The position numbers and the translations under genes are program-made. Below are positions 1-9,797 of a stretch of 38,423 nt of DNA, in pieces. The notes beneath the pieces are model-generated. The model was given only the letters and a program-made list of their open reading frames with translations, ran no database searches and was not told where the DNA came from. Each line of letters opens with the position of its first letter. Positions within the stretch are counted from its first letter, which is position 1. This DNA is from a virus (lineage: Duplodnaviria; Caudoviricetes): the IMG/VR virus record IMGVR_UViG_3300037483_000410, positions 1-38,423 of that record. One strand, written 5' to 3'.

Positions 1-152
1 CCTCGCTAGGATTGCGGACGAAAAACGAACTTCGGCCATTTGTGCGTCCTGGCGTGTCGCGTGTCGCGTGGCTACGTGCAGATGCGACTTGGGATACTAG
101 CGCGCGGCGCGAGCTGAGCAGAGGCCCGCGAGAGACGACGGAGGGGTTGACG

Positions 153-584
153 ATGGGTAGGCGCGCAAAACCAGCAACACTGCACATGAAGCAGGGGACC
201 TACAAGCCCGGTCGGCACCAGGTTCAGCCGACGGCTGGCGGCGAGTTGATTCGTCCGACTGGACTCGGTCAACACGGACTGCGATTGTGGAATAGCGTGA
301 TAGAATTCGTCGAGTCGACTGGCGCTGGTGAGTGTGACACCGAATGCTTGGCCGGGATGTGTCGCTGGTACCAGCAGTTTCGCGTGATCTACGATCGGTT
401 GCAGAAGCTCAAACCAGATGACCCGCGGCACCGGGAATTGCTTTACACCGCCGCCGCGGCATGGCGCGCGTTCGCCGATATGGCATCGCGGTTCGGATTG
501 ACTCCGGCCGACCGCGCGAAGCTTAAACATGGAGTTGACGAATCGCAATCAACACTGGATCGCATGTTAGGTAATCGAGCATGA
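153..584 (+). CDS. terS: Terminase small subunit (P27-like)
   Basis: ATG at 153 after GGAGG; MGRRAKP start and FGLTPADRAKL C-terminal motif; stop overlaps terL start (ATGA). Confidence 0.85.
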   Translation: MGRRAKPATLHMKQGTYKPGRHQVQPTAGGELIRPTGLGQHGLRLWNSVIEFVESTGAGECDTECLAGMCRWYQQFRVIYDRLQKLKPDDPRHRELLYTAAAAWRAFADMASRFGLTPADRAKLKHGVDESQSTLDRMLGNRA

Positions 585-2254
585 TTTGTGCGAGCGACCA
601 CAGCCGAGACGTTCAAGGCTACATCGATGATGTGCTCGCGAATGAGATCACTACTAGCCGACTGGTGGGGCTCGCGGTCAAGAGGCACGTGGCGGATTTG
701 AAAAAGACTCGTCGCAAAAAGTATCCGTACAAGTTTGAGTCGAGATTCGCCAACGAGGCGATTGACTTCCTGCAGCTTTGCCCTCAATCCAAGGGCCGCT
801 GGGCTGGGCAGCTGCTGAAGCTCGAGCCATGGCAGAAGTTCATTGCTTGGTGCGTCTTTGGTTGGCGGCGAAAGGCGGATGGAACACGCCGATTTCGCAA
901 GGCCTTTATTACGCTCGGCCGTAAGAACGGAAAGAGCACACTGTGCGCAGCGATTGCTCTGCTGCTTATGCTCTTCGACAATCCACTTGAAGGCGGCGCG
1001 GAAGTCTACGTCGTGGCCACCAAGGAAGAACAGGCGCGGATCGTGCACGAGGAAGCCAAGCGGATGGTTCGTCGGTCGCTTGATCTCGGCCGCTACGCCG
1101 AAGTGTTCACGAAGGCGATTACCTGCAGTCGCAACGATGGATCGTTCAAGCCGCTGGGTAGTGATAGTGATCAGAGCGGATTCAATCCGCACGGCGTAAT
1201 CAAGGACGAGCTACATGCCTGGCGAGACCGGCACCGTAATTTGTTCGATGAGATGAGCACCGGCGGCGCTTCCCGCGCGCAGCCGCTGGAAGTGATCATC
1301 ACCACGGCCGGCGATGACAAGTCGAACATCTGGAAAGAGGAGCTCGACTACGCGACTCGGATTGTCGAGGCGGTCGAGGTGAAGGAGGTCGTGAACGACA
1401 CCGTATTCGCGTACATCGCATGCCTAGACAAGGACGACGATCCGTTCGATGAGAGCGTATGGGTCAAGGCAAACCCGAATATCGGCGTCAGTGTGTCTGT
1501 GGAATATCTGCGTGAACAGGCCGTCGAGGCAAAGGGAAAACCAACTAGCCACAACGCGTTTCTGAGATACCACTGCAACATCTGCACGACCAGTCATGAG
1601 CGGGCGATCCTGCCGGAGCTATGGGCGGCCGGTGCCGTCGACCAATCTGAACACGGCGAGCAGGCCTTTGGCGGCATCGATCTTGGCCGCAGTGACGACT
1701 TCGCGGCGTTGGCGATCGTCAGTAAAAGCGGAGACAAGATCAGAGTGTGGGCGGAATCCTACACGTGCCAGGAACGCTGCAAGGAGCTGCAGACACCGGA
1801 GGTCCAGAGCTGGATTGATCGCGGTTTTCTCATCGAGCACGAGGGCGATGCCATCGACTTTACGGCGATTGAACAGCGGATCGTGGAATTGTCCCGCGGC
1901 AGCGGCATCCGAATCGTCAACTGGGCTAGTGACCCGACGTTCGCGGGCCAGCTGCTGCAGCGTCTGCAGTCGTTGCACGGCTTGCAGGTTTACGAATTCA
2001 TCCAGACGGCGCGCAGTTACAACGAGCCGATCCGCAGTTTTCTGCGGGAGTTGAAGGCCGGCAGTGTGCTGCATGGACCTGACCCCTGCCTCACCTGGCA
2101 GGCTCGCAACATCACGATTCGCCGCAATGCGCAGGACCTCTGGATGCCGGAGAAGGGTGTCGGCTGGCAGAAGATCGACGCGATAGTCGCAACCCTGATG
2201 GCGTACGCCGGGATCGTCTATCACAAGCAGCTCGGGATACCGGCGATCTACTAG
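581..2254 (+). CDS. terL: Terminase large subunit
   Basis: LEPWQKF, Walker A GRKNGKS, Walker B IKDELH, KANP motif, nuclease GIDLG and KIDAIVA. Confidence 0.97.
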   Translation: MICASDHSRDVQGYIDDVLANEITTSRLVGLAVKRHVADLKKTRRKKYPYKFESRFANEAIDFLQLCPQSKGRWAGQLLKLEPWQKFIAWCVFGWRRKADGTRRFRKAFITLGRKNGKSTLCAAIALLLMLFDNPLEGGAEVYVVATKEEQARIVHEEAKRMVRRSLDLGRYAEVFTKAITCSRNDGSFKPLGSDSDQSGFNPHGVIKDELHAWRDRHRNLFDEMSTGGASRAQPLEVIITTAGDDKSNIWKEELDYATRIVEAVEVKEVVNDTVFAYIACLDKDDDPFDESVWVKANPNIGVSVSVEYLREQAVEAKGKPTSHNAFLRYHCNICTTSHERAILPELWAAGAVDQSEHGEQAFGGIDLGRSDDFAALAIVSKSGDKIRVWAESYTCQERCKELQTPEVQSWIDRGFLIEHEGDAIDFTAIEQRIVELSRGSGIRIVNWASDPTFAGQLLQRLQSLHGLQVYEFIQTARSYNEPIRSFLRELKAGSVLHGPDPCLTWQARNITIRRNAQDLWMPEKGVGWQKIDAIVATLMAYAGIVYHKQLGIPAIY

Positions 2255-2263
2255 GAGCACAGG

Positions 2264-3907
2264 ATGGCCAAGCAAGATGACCTGCACACCCAGTATGTCG
2301 TGTTGGCGGACACGGGCCTGCCTGGCGTATTCGCCAGCGGCTATGCAAACCCGGACGACTGGTTGTGGGAGGCGCTGACTGGCAGCGTGCGATCGGAAAG
2401 TGACATCCACGTATCCGCGGACAAGGCATTGACGATTGCCCCCTGGTTCCAGGGCATCGGGATTATCAGCGGCGACATGGCCCGCGTGGCGCTGGACGTC
2501 TTCTCGCGCGACGAGGGCGACGACCGCGAGAAGCAGCGTGATCACCCGGCGTACGAACTACTCAATCGCCAAGCTAATCCGGTGATGACATCGTTCACGT
2601 TTCGCGAGACAGTCACGAGTTACGCATTGAGCTGGGGCAACGGTTATGCGGCGATCATCTGGCAGGGATCTCGGCCAGCAGCCTTGATCCCGATTTCGCC
2701 GGATGTCATGTGGCCAGAACAGTTGTCTGACAGTCGCGTGGTATACGTGCATCGCATACCAGGCAATCCCGACAGGATCTACAGCGCCGACGACATCCTG
2801 CATATCCGCGGACTCGGTAGCGGTTTGGCAGGCTACAGTGTGTACCGCTGCGCGCGCGAAAGTCTAGGCCTTGGCTTGGCCGCCCAGCGTCATGGTAGCC
2901 GCCATTTTTCCAACGATGGCAGGCCTAGCATCATACTCAAGACACCCGTCGACATGAGCAAGCCAGACAGAGATATGCTTCTCGAGCAGTGGGAATCGAG
3001 ACACCGGCAGAACCCTGGGAGGCCGGCATTGCTCACGGGTCCACTGGAGGCCGTGCCACTGAGTGGCTCGAACGAGGATAGTCAGTGGATCGAGAGCAGG
3101 AAGTTCTCGCGCGACGAGGTGGCTTCATGGCTCAGCCTGCCTCCACATAAGCTCGGCAGCGATGCCAGGTTGAGCTACAACAGCGTCGAGGCAGAGGAGC
3201 GATCATACGTCAGCCAGACGCTCATGCGGTGGTTTAAGCGTTGGGAGGCGGAGTGTGACGTCAAGTTGCTCTCGACGCGGGAGAAAAAAGCCTGGTGGTA
3301 TTTTGAGCACAACACGGGCGCGCTGATCGAGGGAGACTTCGCGACGCAGAGCAGTGTGGCGGTACAGCTCAAGAATGCGAAGATCATCACGCGCAATGAG
3401 GCCCGCAAGAAGTTCAATCTCAACAGCGTGGAAGGTGGCGATGAGTTTGAAAATGCGGCCACATCCAGCGACGGGAAGCCGCCGGAGACCAAGCCGGAAA
3501 GCACCGACGCGACCAAGGAAACACTGGCCGCTCACCGCGAGCTGATCTTGGATCGCATGTCGCAGTTGGCCCGCACCGAAAAGACGACGCTTGGAAAACT
3601 GATTCGCGGACATCTGCCGCTGGTTGCAATGCAGCAGTTTTACGGCCGATTCGCGCCGAAGATCGAGGCGGCAATGGACGTCTGCCTCAGGGCGTATCGG
3701 ACGATAGCCCCCTGCCTGGTCACGCCGGTGGATATTGCGGAACGCTATTGCTCTGATTCGCAGGCTGCGATTCGCGATGTGTTCGCGACTAATCCCGATG
3801 AACAGATCCCGGCTGCGTTAGCCGCGATGATTGACTCTTGGCCAAGCACGCGGCCACGGCAAGTGGTCGATTGGATCGATGGAGAAAAGCATGAAGACAC
3901 TGCGTGA
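2264..3907 (+). CDS. HK97-family portal protein with C-terminal extension
   Basis: WGNGYA, DILHIRG, SLPPHKLG, SYNSVE and ITRNEARK portal motifs; follows terL. Confidence 0.95.
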   Translation: MAKQDDLHTQYVVLADTGLPGVFASGYANPDDWLWEALTGSVRSESDIHVSADKALTIAPWFQGIGIISGDMARVALDVFSRDEGDDREKQRDHPAYELLNRQANPVMTSFTFRETVTSYALSWGNGYAAIIWQGSRPAALIPISPDVMWPEQLSDSRVVYVHRIPGNPDRIYSADDILHIRGLGSGLAGYSVYRCARESLGLGLAAQRHGSRHFSNDGRPSIILKTPVDMSKPDRDMLLEQWESRHRQNPGRPALLTGPLEAVPLSGSNEDSQWIESRKFSRDEVASWLSLPPHKLGSDARLSYNSVEAEERSYVSQTLMRWFKRWEAECDVKLLSTREKKAWWYFEHNTGALIEGDFATQSSVAVQLKNAKIITRNEARKKFNLNSVEGGDEFENAATSSDGKPPETKPESTDATKETLAAHRELILDRMSQLARTEKTTLGKLIRGHLPLVAMQQFYGRFAPKIEAAMDVCLRAYRTIAPCLVTPVDIAERYCSDSQAAIRDVFATNPDEQIPAALAAMIDSWPSTRPRQVVDWIDGEKHEDTA

Positions 3908-4631
3908 ACGGTCGGACATGTTGTTGCGTTTGGGAGTGCCCAGGAGATTGGCGGATCGGATCTGCGATGCTCCTCCACGTCAACAGGCTGGGCGGTTCAC
4001 ATTTCGAGCCGCCGATGACGCCGGCGCGGCCGAGATTCTGATCTACGATTACATCGGTTACGACTGGTGGAGTGACACGGGAATCACCGCTCTCTCGTTT
4101 CATGAGCAGCTACAGGCCATGGGCGGCGCGCAACAGTTGACCGTGCGCATCAACTCACCAGGCGGTGAGGTCTGGGACGGCATGTCGATCTACAACCAGT
4201 TGTCGCAGTTCGCGGCACACACAACCGTCGTGATCGAGGGAATCGCGGCCAGCGTGGCCAGTTTGATCGCGATGGCCGGCGACACGGTCAAGGCAATGGA
4301 GGTGTCCCAGTTGATGATCCACGACGCGTGGACCATCGCCGTGGGAAATGAGCAGGACTTTCGTGCCTTGGCCGACACACTGGCCAAGGTCGATCAGCAG
4401 ATCGCCGACACGTACGCCATCCGCAGCGGCACCAAGACGGCCAAACAATTCCGCGAAATCATGAACCAGGACACCTATTTGACAGCGCAAGATGCCTTGG
4501 AATGGGGCCTGGTCGATGAAGTGATTCCGACGCGAAAAACTGGAGAAAAAACGCAACAAGCCAACCAGAAGGCCTCGCGGCTGGTCCAGAACCAGATCAG
4601 TCTCCTGCGGTCAAGCCTGGCGATTTCCTGA
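3891..4631 (+). CDS. ClpP-like prohead maturation protease
   Basis: RINSPGGEV, GIAASVASLIAMAG, MIHDAW, TYLTAQDALEWGLVD. Confidence 0.93.
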   Translation: MKTLRERSDMLLRLGVPRRLADRICDAPPRQQAGRFTFRAADDAGAAEILIYDYIGYDWWSDTGITALSFHEQLQAMGGAQQLTVRINSPGGEVWDGMSIYNQLSQFAAHTTVVIEGIAASVASLIAMAGDTVKAMEVSQLMIHDAWTIAVGNEQDFRALADTLAKVDQQIADTYAIRSGTKTAKQFREIMNQDTYLTAQDALEWGLVDEVIPTRKTGEKTQQANQKASRLVQNQISLLRSSLAIS

Positions 4632-4638
4632 ATTCGAC

Positions 4639-4668
4639 TTGACATCCTTGGTCCATCCCGTCCATGAT
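4639..4668 (+). promoter_or_regulatory. Candidate sigma70 promoter upstream of the capsid gene
   Basis: TTGACA (4639-4644), 18 nt, CATGAT (4663-4668) in an intergenic gap. Confidence 0.45.
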
Positions 4669-4727
4669 TTGTACTGACAAGCATGGTTCACCGCCAAGTC
4701 CGTGAGCCATCCACGCAATCGCTCCTC

Positions 4728-4786
4728 AAATGCGGCGATTCGATTGGTTGATTTATTACCGATCGGTTCGCCGCATTTTTGTTTTT
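4728..4786 (+). terminator. Long hairpin plus U-tract in the capsid leader (terminator or attenuator)
   Basis: AAATGCGGCGA (4728-4738) pairs with TCGCCGCATTT (4768-4778); inner stem 4740-4748/4758-4766; followed by TTGTTTTT. Confidence 0.65.
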
Positions 4787-4818
4787 CGGCGACCGGCAAA
4801 TCAATAGGGGTGATTATC

Positions 4819-6180
4819 ATGCCGCGATTATCGGCGAAAGAAATCCGCGAACAGATCCAAGAGCGGATTGACAACATGCAGGCCCTGGTGAAGCTGGCCG
4901 CGGATGACGGCGACCGGGAATTCACCGCCGAGGAGCAAACGCAGTTTGACGCCTGGCAGGCTGAGATCGGCCAGCAGGCCAGCAAGGAGCATCCCAGCAC
5001 GGGGCTGCACCTGGCCCTGGAGCGAGCGCAGAAATTTGAGACGGCAGTGGATGGCTTCCGCAATTTGCGGAGCGACCGTCCTGCCAACCCTGGTGATGAC
5101 GGGCGGATCATTCCAGCCTCCGCATTCCGCCACAAGCGGCTCAAGGCATATAAGGGCGAGCGAGCCGAGGAGCACGCCCACAAGGCCGGCCAGTTCCTGG
5201 CGGCCGTCCTGTGGAAGAGTCCCACTGCGACTCAGTGGTGCAACGACCACGGCGTGACATTCCGCGATGCGATGGGCGGGTCGGACAATATGCTCGGCGG
5301 TGCCCTGGTCCCCGAGGAAATGGAGGCGGCCGTCATCGATCTGCGCGAGGAGTATGGAGTGTTTCGCCGCGAGGCGCGGATCGTGCCCATGGCGAGCGAC
5401 GTCAAGACCGTGCCTCGTAGCACATCTGGCGTGACGGCGTATTTCGTCGCCGAAAATGGATCGGTGACAGCCAGCGACAAGGGCTGGGATCAGGTTAACC
5501 TGACCGCTCGGAAACTGGCAGCGCTGTGCAAGTACAGCAGCGAACTGGCCGAGGACGCGATCATTGACATTGGCGATGATCTCACCAGCGATATCGCGTA
5601 CGCGTTCGCGAATAAGGAGGACGAGTGCGGATGGAATGGGACCGGAGCCAGCACATATGGCCACATCGTCGGTGTGCTCAACGCCATTGCCGCCGGCAGT
5701 CTCTACACGGCCATCTCTGGCAATACGGCTTTTTCGACGCTGGACTTGGCCGACTTTGAGGCGATCGTCGGCCAGTTGCCGCAGTACGCGGAGGCTAACG
5801 CGAAGTGGTTCATCAGTCGTGCTGGCTACTACGCCTCGATGGCGCGCCTGATGGACGCCGGCGGCGGCAATACGACAGCCGAACTTGCAGGAGGAGTGCG
5901 AACCCCGATGTTCCTGGGTTACCCGGTCGTGTTCTCGCAGGTGCTTAACAGCACGCTGACGTCCCAGGCGAGCACGAAGATTCTGGCGTTCGGCGACCTG
6001 CGATTGGCTGCCATCCTCGGCAATCGCCGAGGCCTTGGAGTGAAGATCAGCGATCAGCGGTATCTCGAGTACGACCAGATCGGCATCCTCGGGACCGAGC
6101 GATTTGATATTAACGTGCACGAGACTGGCGGGGCTTCGACTGCGGGAGCCATCTTGGTGATGGCGACACCAGCCGCCTGA
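4819..6180 (+). CDS. Major capsid protein (HK97 fold, N-terminal scaffold/delta domain)
   Basis: Coiled-coil N-terminus; GGALVPEE, YFVAEN, SELAEDA, FLGYPV, FGDL and ERFD motifs. Confidence 0.95.
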   Translation: MPRLSAKEIREQIQERIDNMQALVKLAADDGDREFTAEEQTQFDAWQAEIGQQASKEHPSTGLHLALERAQKFETAVDGFRNLRSDRPANPGDDGRIIPASAFRHKRLKAYKGERAEEHAHKAGQFLAAVLWKSPTATQWCNDHGVTFRDAMGGSDNMLGGALVPEEMEAAVIDLREEYGVFRREARIVPMASDVKTVPRSTSGVTAYFVAENGSVTASDKGWDQVNLTARKLAALCKYSSELAEDAIIDIGDDLTSDIAYAFANKEDECGWNGTGASTYGHIVGVLNAIAAGSLYTAISGNTAFSTLDLADFEAIVGQLPQYAEANAKWFISRAGYYASMARLMDAGGGNTTAELAGGVRTPMFLGYPVVFSQVLNSTLTSQASTKILAFGDLRLAAILGNRRGLGVKISDQRYLEYDQIGILGTERFDINVHETGGASTAGAILVMATPAA

Positions 6181-6203
6181 TCCCATGGTAATGCGTTTCC
6201 TTT

Positions 6204-6231
6204 ACCCGTCGCGACACTGGTCGCGGCGGGT
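6204..6231 (+). terminator. GC-rich hairpin after the capsid gene
   Basis: ACCCGTCGCGAC-ACTG-GTCGCGGCGGGT; U-tract weak. Confidence 0.5.
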
Positions 6232-6260
6232 TAGCTGAATCCAATCAAGGAGAACGTCGG

Positions 6261-6716
6261 ATGAACCCTTTGCAAAATACCAAACTGATCAGCATGACCC
6301 CGCCGGCGGCGATCGTGGACAACGCGTCCTACACGGTGGCCGAGATCGACACGGCCGGGTTCGATTACCTCAACGTCATCTGCCAACTCGGCGCGACGGA
6401 CATCGCCATGGCGGCGCTGTCCGTGACTGAGTCGGACGCCAGTGGCAGCGGCCATGCCGACATTACGGGGCTGGTCATGGGTACCAGCGTTGACATCGAC
6501 GGCAATACGTCGGCGCTCCCGTCGGATACCGACGACAATAAGTTCGTCTGTTTCGACATCGACCTGCGTGCCCGCAAGCGCTACATCGATGTCATCGCCA
6601 CGGCCGGTGACGGAGCGGCGGGCACGTTCCTGACGATCATCGGCCTGTTGAGCCGCGCCAAGCAGTCGCCCAATAGCGTGGCCGAGCGTGGCTGCGATAC
6701 CGTTTTGAGGGTCTGA
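6261..6716 (+). CDS. Virion-associated protein, possibly head decoration
   Basis: AAGGAG RBS; acidic, beta-rich 151 aa directly after capsid. Confidence 0.6.
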   Translation: MNPLQNTKLISMTPPAAIVDNASYTVAEIDTAGFDYLNVICQLGATDIAMAALSVTESDASGSGHADITGLVMGTSVDIDGNTSALPSDTDDNKFVCFDIDLRARKRYIDVIATAGDGAAGTFLTIIGLLSRAKQSPNSVAERGCDTVLRV

Positions 6717-6720
6717 TCCG

Positions 6721-6918
6721 ATGTACGTGAATCTCCAGTTCAATCGCGACTGGGTCAGTGCGAGTGGCCACATCTTCCGGGCCGGGCGGATCTACACCGC
6801 TCGGCCTCGGGGATGGGCCAATGTGCTGATCCGGCGTGGTATCGCGCGGAAGGCGGAGGATGAAGTACAGCCTCAAACGCACAGTCGAGCCAAGCGTCGA
6901 GCTCGTCAGTCTGATTGA
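6721..6918 (+). CDS. Small basic hypothetical protein
   Basis: Fills gap between head genes; LIRRGIA motif resembles small post-capsid proteins. Confidence 0.55.
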   Translation: MYVNLQFNRDWVSASGHIFRAGRIYTARPRGWANVLIRRGIARKAEDEVQPQTHSRAKRRARQSD

Positions 6919-7441
6919 GCTCAAGGCCCACCTGCGTGTCGACCACAACGACGACGACACGGCCCTGACGAATCTGATCAAGGCCTGTCGGGACGCGGTC
7001 GAACGTGACACGGGGCGCTCGCTCATTACGCAGACCTGGCGGCTCAAGCTTGATGCGTGGCCAGTGAGCGCGATCGTGTTGCACAACGGGCCGATCCAGT
7101 CGGTCACCAGCATCACGTATGTTGACACGAACGGTACGACGCAGACAGTCTCCAGCGACGACTACGTGGTTGACACCGACAGTACCCCAGGGCTGATCGT
7201 GTTGGGGTACGCGAAGAGTTGGCCGTCGCCACGCGGTGATGCACGCGGCATCGCGGTGACGTACGTCGCTGGCTACGGGGCCGCTGGTAGTAACGTGCCG
7301 TACGAGCTGCGGCACGCTTGCCTGTTGCGATGCCAAATGGAATACGACGGTTGGAACGCTGATATGTTCGGTACCAGCCGTGGCGCGGTGGACGCCTACG
7401 ACCGAATCGTGCGCGGTGCGAAGGTGGGAGTTTACCCGTGA
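6860..7441 (+). CDS. Head-tail connector (gp6 / phiE125 gp8-like)
   Basis: VSLIELKAHLRVD, TGRSLITQTW, YVAGYG, VPYELRHA. Confidence 0.9.
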   Translation: MKYSLKRTVEPSVELVSLIELKAHLRVDHNDDDTALTNLIKACRDAVERDTGRSLITQTWRLKLDAWPVSAIVLHNGPIQSVTSITYVDTNGTTQTVSSDDYVVDTDSTPGLIVLGYAKSWPSPRGDARGIAVTYVAGYGAAGSNVPYELRHACLLRCQMEYDGWNADMFGTSRGAVDAYDRIVRGAKVGVYP

Positions 7442-7767
7442 AAATGCACACGAATCAGTTGCGCCACGTGGGTAACCTCCAGTCGTTTTCTGAAACAGGA
7501 ACCGACAGCCGTGGTCAGCCAACGGGGACGTGGGAGACAGATTCGATCGTACGCGTGAAGATTGAGCCGTTGAGTGGCAGGACCGCCGAGTACGCACATC
7601 AGCTGTATGATCAGACGACGCACGTCCTGTGGATGCGGTATCGCAGTGACGTGACCGCTGCTCAGCGATTGGTCGTGGGCACGCGGACGTTTCATTTCGG
7701 TTACGTTGAAAACGCGGACGAAGCTGATCGATATTTGCGAATCCTGGCGACTGAGGTTCCGGCATGA
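7438..7767 (+). CDS. Head closure / head-tail adaptor (SPP1 gp16-like)
   Basis: LRH, D-x-x-G, IEPLSGR, MRYRSDV pattern and position. Confidence 0.85.
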   Translation: MKMHTNQLRHVGNLQSFSETGTDSRGQPTGTWETDSIVRVKIEPLSGRTAEYAHQLYDQTTHVLWMRYRSDVTAAQRLVVGTRTFHFGYVENADEADRYLRILATEVPA

Positions 7768-8306
7768 GTGAGGTGATGGTCAGTGTCGACGTACGGGGCA
7801 TTGAGCAGTCGCTGGCCAATCTGCGGACATTGGAATTCGCCGCGCGGCGGCGCGTCGTGTCGGCGGCGGTACGGGCCGCGAATGCCGTCGTGGTCAAGGC
7901 AGCCAAGTTGCACGCTCCGCGGCGGACCGACGCGCTGGCTGATAGTATTCGCGGTTCACTGAGATTGGATCGTCTGACGGGAACCGTGGTGGGGTCGATC
8001 AAATTTCAATCCACGAAGTCACAGAAGAAAAAAGGTCGCGACGCATACTATGCGCACATGGTGATCGGAGGGACAAAGCCGCACGCAATTCCCAAGTCGC
8101 ACAAGCGTGTCAAAAAGGGCAGGGTAATCCGTAAGTACGCCGTGTTTGGTGGGCGAGTATTCTCACGTGTGCAGCACCCCGGAATCAAGCCTAACCCGTT
8201 CATGGAGCGGGTGGCAGAGTCCAGTTTCACGCCAGCCGTAAAAGCGTTTGAACAGCGATTCACCACGGCGATGGAAACGGAAATCAACAAACTGAGGGCC
8301 TCGTGA
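7764..8306 (+). CDS. HK97 gp10-like tail completion protein
   Basis: APRRT, YYAHMVIGGT, HPGIKPNPFM. Confidence 0.85.
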   Translation: MSEVMVSVDVRGIEQSLANLRTLEFAARRRVVSAAVRAANAVVVKAAKLHAPRRTDALADSIRGSLRLDRLTGTVVGSIKFQSTKSQKKKGRDAYYAHMVIGGTKPHAIPKSHKRVKKGRVIRKYAVFGGRVFSRVQHPGIKPNPFMERVAESSFTPAVKAFEQRFTTAMETEINKLRAS

Positions 8307-8722
8307 TGGCCGACGTGACAGCTGACTTGATTGATGCGATGGCAGCTAATACAGGCGTGGATCTGGTGGTCGATGGGCGAGTCTATGGCGGGATCGTGCC
8401 GGTGGGAGCGGCGTTGCCGTTTGTTTGGCTGCAGCGTCGTGGCGTCGAGTACGTTGGCTCGATGGAGGGTGAGGACGACCCATGGAAGGAATTCTTCGAC
8501 GTGGAGTGTGTGGCCGATAACGGGATCACGGCCATTGAATTATCGGATGCCATTCGCGCGTGGGAGCGAGCCTGGACACAAGGAGGTACCTTCAAGCTCG
8601 GCGATCGCTACTACTCGGCCGTGACGATCACTGACGCGGCGGAAACCTACGTTCCGCGCAATGTGGACGCGTCCGAGAATCTGTTCATTTCAAGTCTCGA
8701 TCTGGAGGTGTGTAGGCCATGA
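8306..8722 (+). CDS. Tail terminator (DUF3168-like)
   Basis: VDGRVY...LPFV pattern, size and position after gp10-like gene. Confidence 0.7.
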   Translation: MADVTADLIDAMAANTGVDLVVDGRVYGGIVPVGAALPFVWLQRRGVEYVGSMEGEDDPWKEFFDVECVADNGITAIELSDAIRAWERAWTQGGTFKLGDRYYSAVTITDAAETYVPRNVDASENLFISSLDLEVCRP

Positions 8723-9345
8723 CAACTATCGGACGATTTGAGGGAGATATCCGCATCACGGGCAGCCTCCAGGTTGACGGTGCGATGCCAACGTACGCGC
8801 GGAGCGAACTGCAGCAGGACGCAGCCTCGCTGTTTGCCGTGCCACTGACGGACCTGCGGGTGTGGGACGCGCTGGCCACGCCCCTGCCAGGGACTCCAGC
8901 CGCAGATGACCTCGGTCTAGTGGGAGGAACCTTCGGGACCAACACACCGAAGGTATCCAGTGGTGACCTCAAGAACACCACCACCACGCGCTACGCCCGT
9001 TTTCAGGCGCGACTACCAGCGGAGTACGACGCCGGCGAGACGGTGACCCTGCGGCTCAACGCGGGAATGGAAACCACCGTAGCCTCGGCCTCCGCGACGC
9101 TCGACGTCGAGTGCTACAAGAGCGATCGGGCCGCCGGGCTGGGTGCCGACATCTGCGCGACAGCCGCGCAGAGCATCAACAGCCTGGTACTTGCCGACAA
9201 GGATTTCACGATCACGCCCACGGGCCTGACCGCTGGAGACGTGCTTGATTTTCGACTTACGATCACGGTCACCGACTCCGCTACTGCGACCGAGGTTGCA
9301 GCGGTCATCGGTGCGATTGAATTACTCTGTGACATAAAGGGTTAA
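8719..9345 (+). CDS. Hypothetical virion protein between terminator and tail tube
   Basis: GGAGG RBS; 208 aa Thr/Ala-rich ORF coupled to neighbours. Confidence 0.6.
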   Translation: MTTIGRFEGDIRITGSLQVDGAMPTYARSELQQDAASLFAVPLTDLRVWDALATPLPGTPAADDLGLVGGTFGTNTPKVSSGDLKNTTTTRYARFQARLPAEYDAGETVTLRLNAGMETTVASASATLDVECYKSDRAAGLGADICATAAQSINSLVLADKDFTITPTGLTAGDVLDFRLTITVTDSATATEVAAVIGAIELLCDIKG

Positions 9346-9350
9346 GCGAC

Positions 9351-9797
9351 ATGGCGAAAACTCGTTTCACCGCCAAGGGTGCGCTCGTCAAGGTGAACGC
9401 GTCGGGCGACGGCACGACGATGTTGACCGTGGGCCTGTGCACGGGCGCTACTCCGCCGCCGCGGGAGCGGGCGCTGATCGACCTGACTGCGATGGAAGAC
9501 ACGACAGCTATCGCAGCCACCGGCATCGAGCAACTCTCTGAATTCTCGTTCGTCGAGTTGCACGACCCGGACGACGCGTCGGATGATGCGATTGATACGC
9601 TCTATGGCAGCGGAGACAGCGTCAAGTGGCAGCTGATCCTTGCGACAAAAACCGCCGTCGGCACGACGAAGACTTGGACGAAGGATTTCACTGGCAAGGT
9701 ATTCGCAATCGTTCCCGAGAGCGTCGACGGCGGAACCGGAACGAAGCGGACGGTTAAGGTTACGCGTGACGGTGCTATCACCGATACGGTGGCGTGA
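9351..9797 (+). CDS. Tail tube (major tail) protein
   Basis: 148 aa; IDLTAMED...GI and FTGKV patterns; directly upstream of the frameshifting chaperone pair. Confidence 0.75.
   Translation: MAKTRFTAKGALVKVNASGDGTTMLTVGLCTGATPPPRERALIDLTAMEDTTAIAATGIEQLSEFSFVELHDPDDASDDAIDTLYGSGDSVKWQLILATKTAVGTTKTWTKDFTGKVFAIVPESVDGGTGTKRTVKVTRDGAITDTVA

Noticed and set aside
2252-2266. terL TAG is in frame with the portal ATG, hinting at genome-wide amber recoding
   Set aside because: TAG ends many genes at natural boundaries, the portal has its own AGGAG RBS, and no CUA-anticodon tRNA is present; a frame match has a 1-in-3 chance
2501-3119. 16-bp repeat TTCTCGCGCGACGAGG at 2501 and 3104
   Set aside because: Both copies are in-frame FSRDE codons within the portal; no structure or flanking logic
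3905-3909. Portal TGA-A could shift +1 into the protease frame via the 8-nt-loop tRNA
   Set aside because: The protease has its own RBS and ATG at 3891, and the frame match is expected by chance
443-8002. Long minus-strand ORFs (443-1192, 1619-2545, 4828-6186, 6755-8002)
   Set aside because: Antisense shadows of GC-rich structural genes, with no recognisable motifs or RBS
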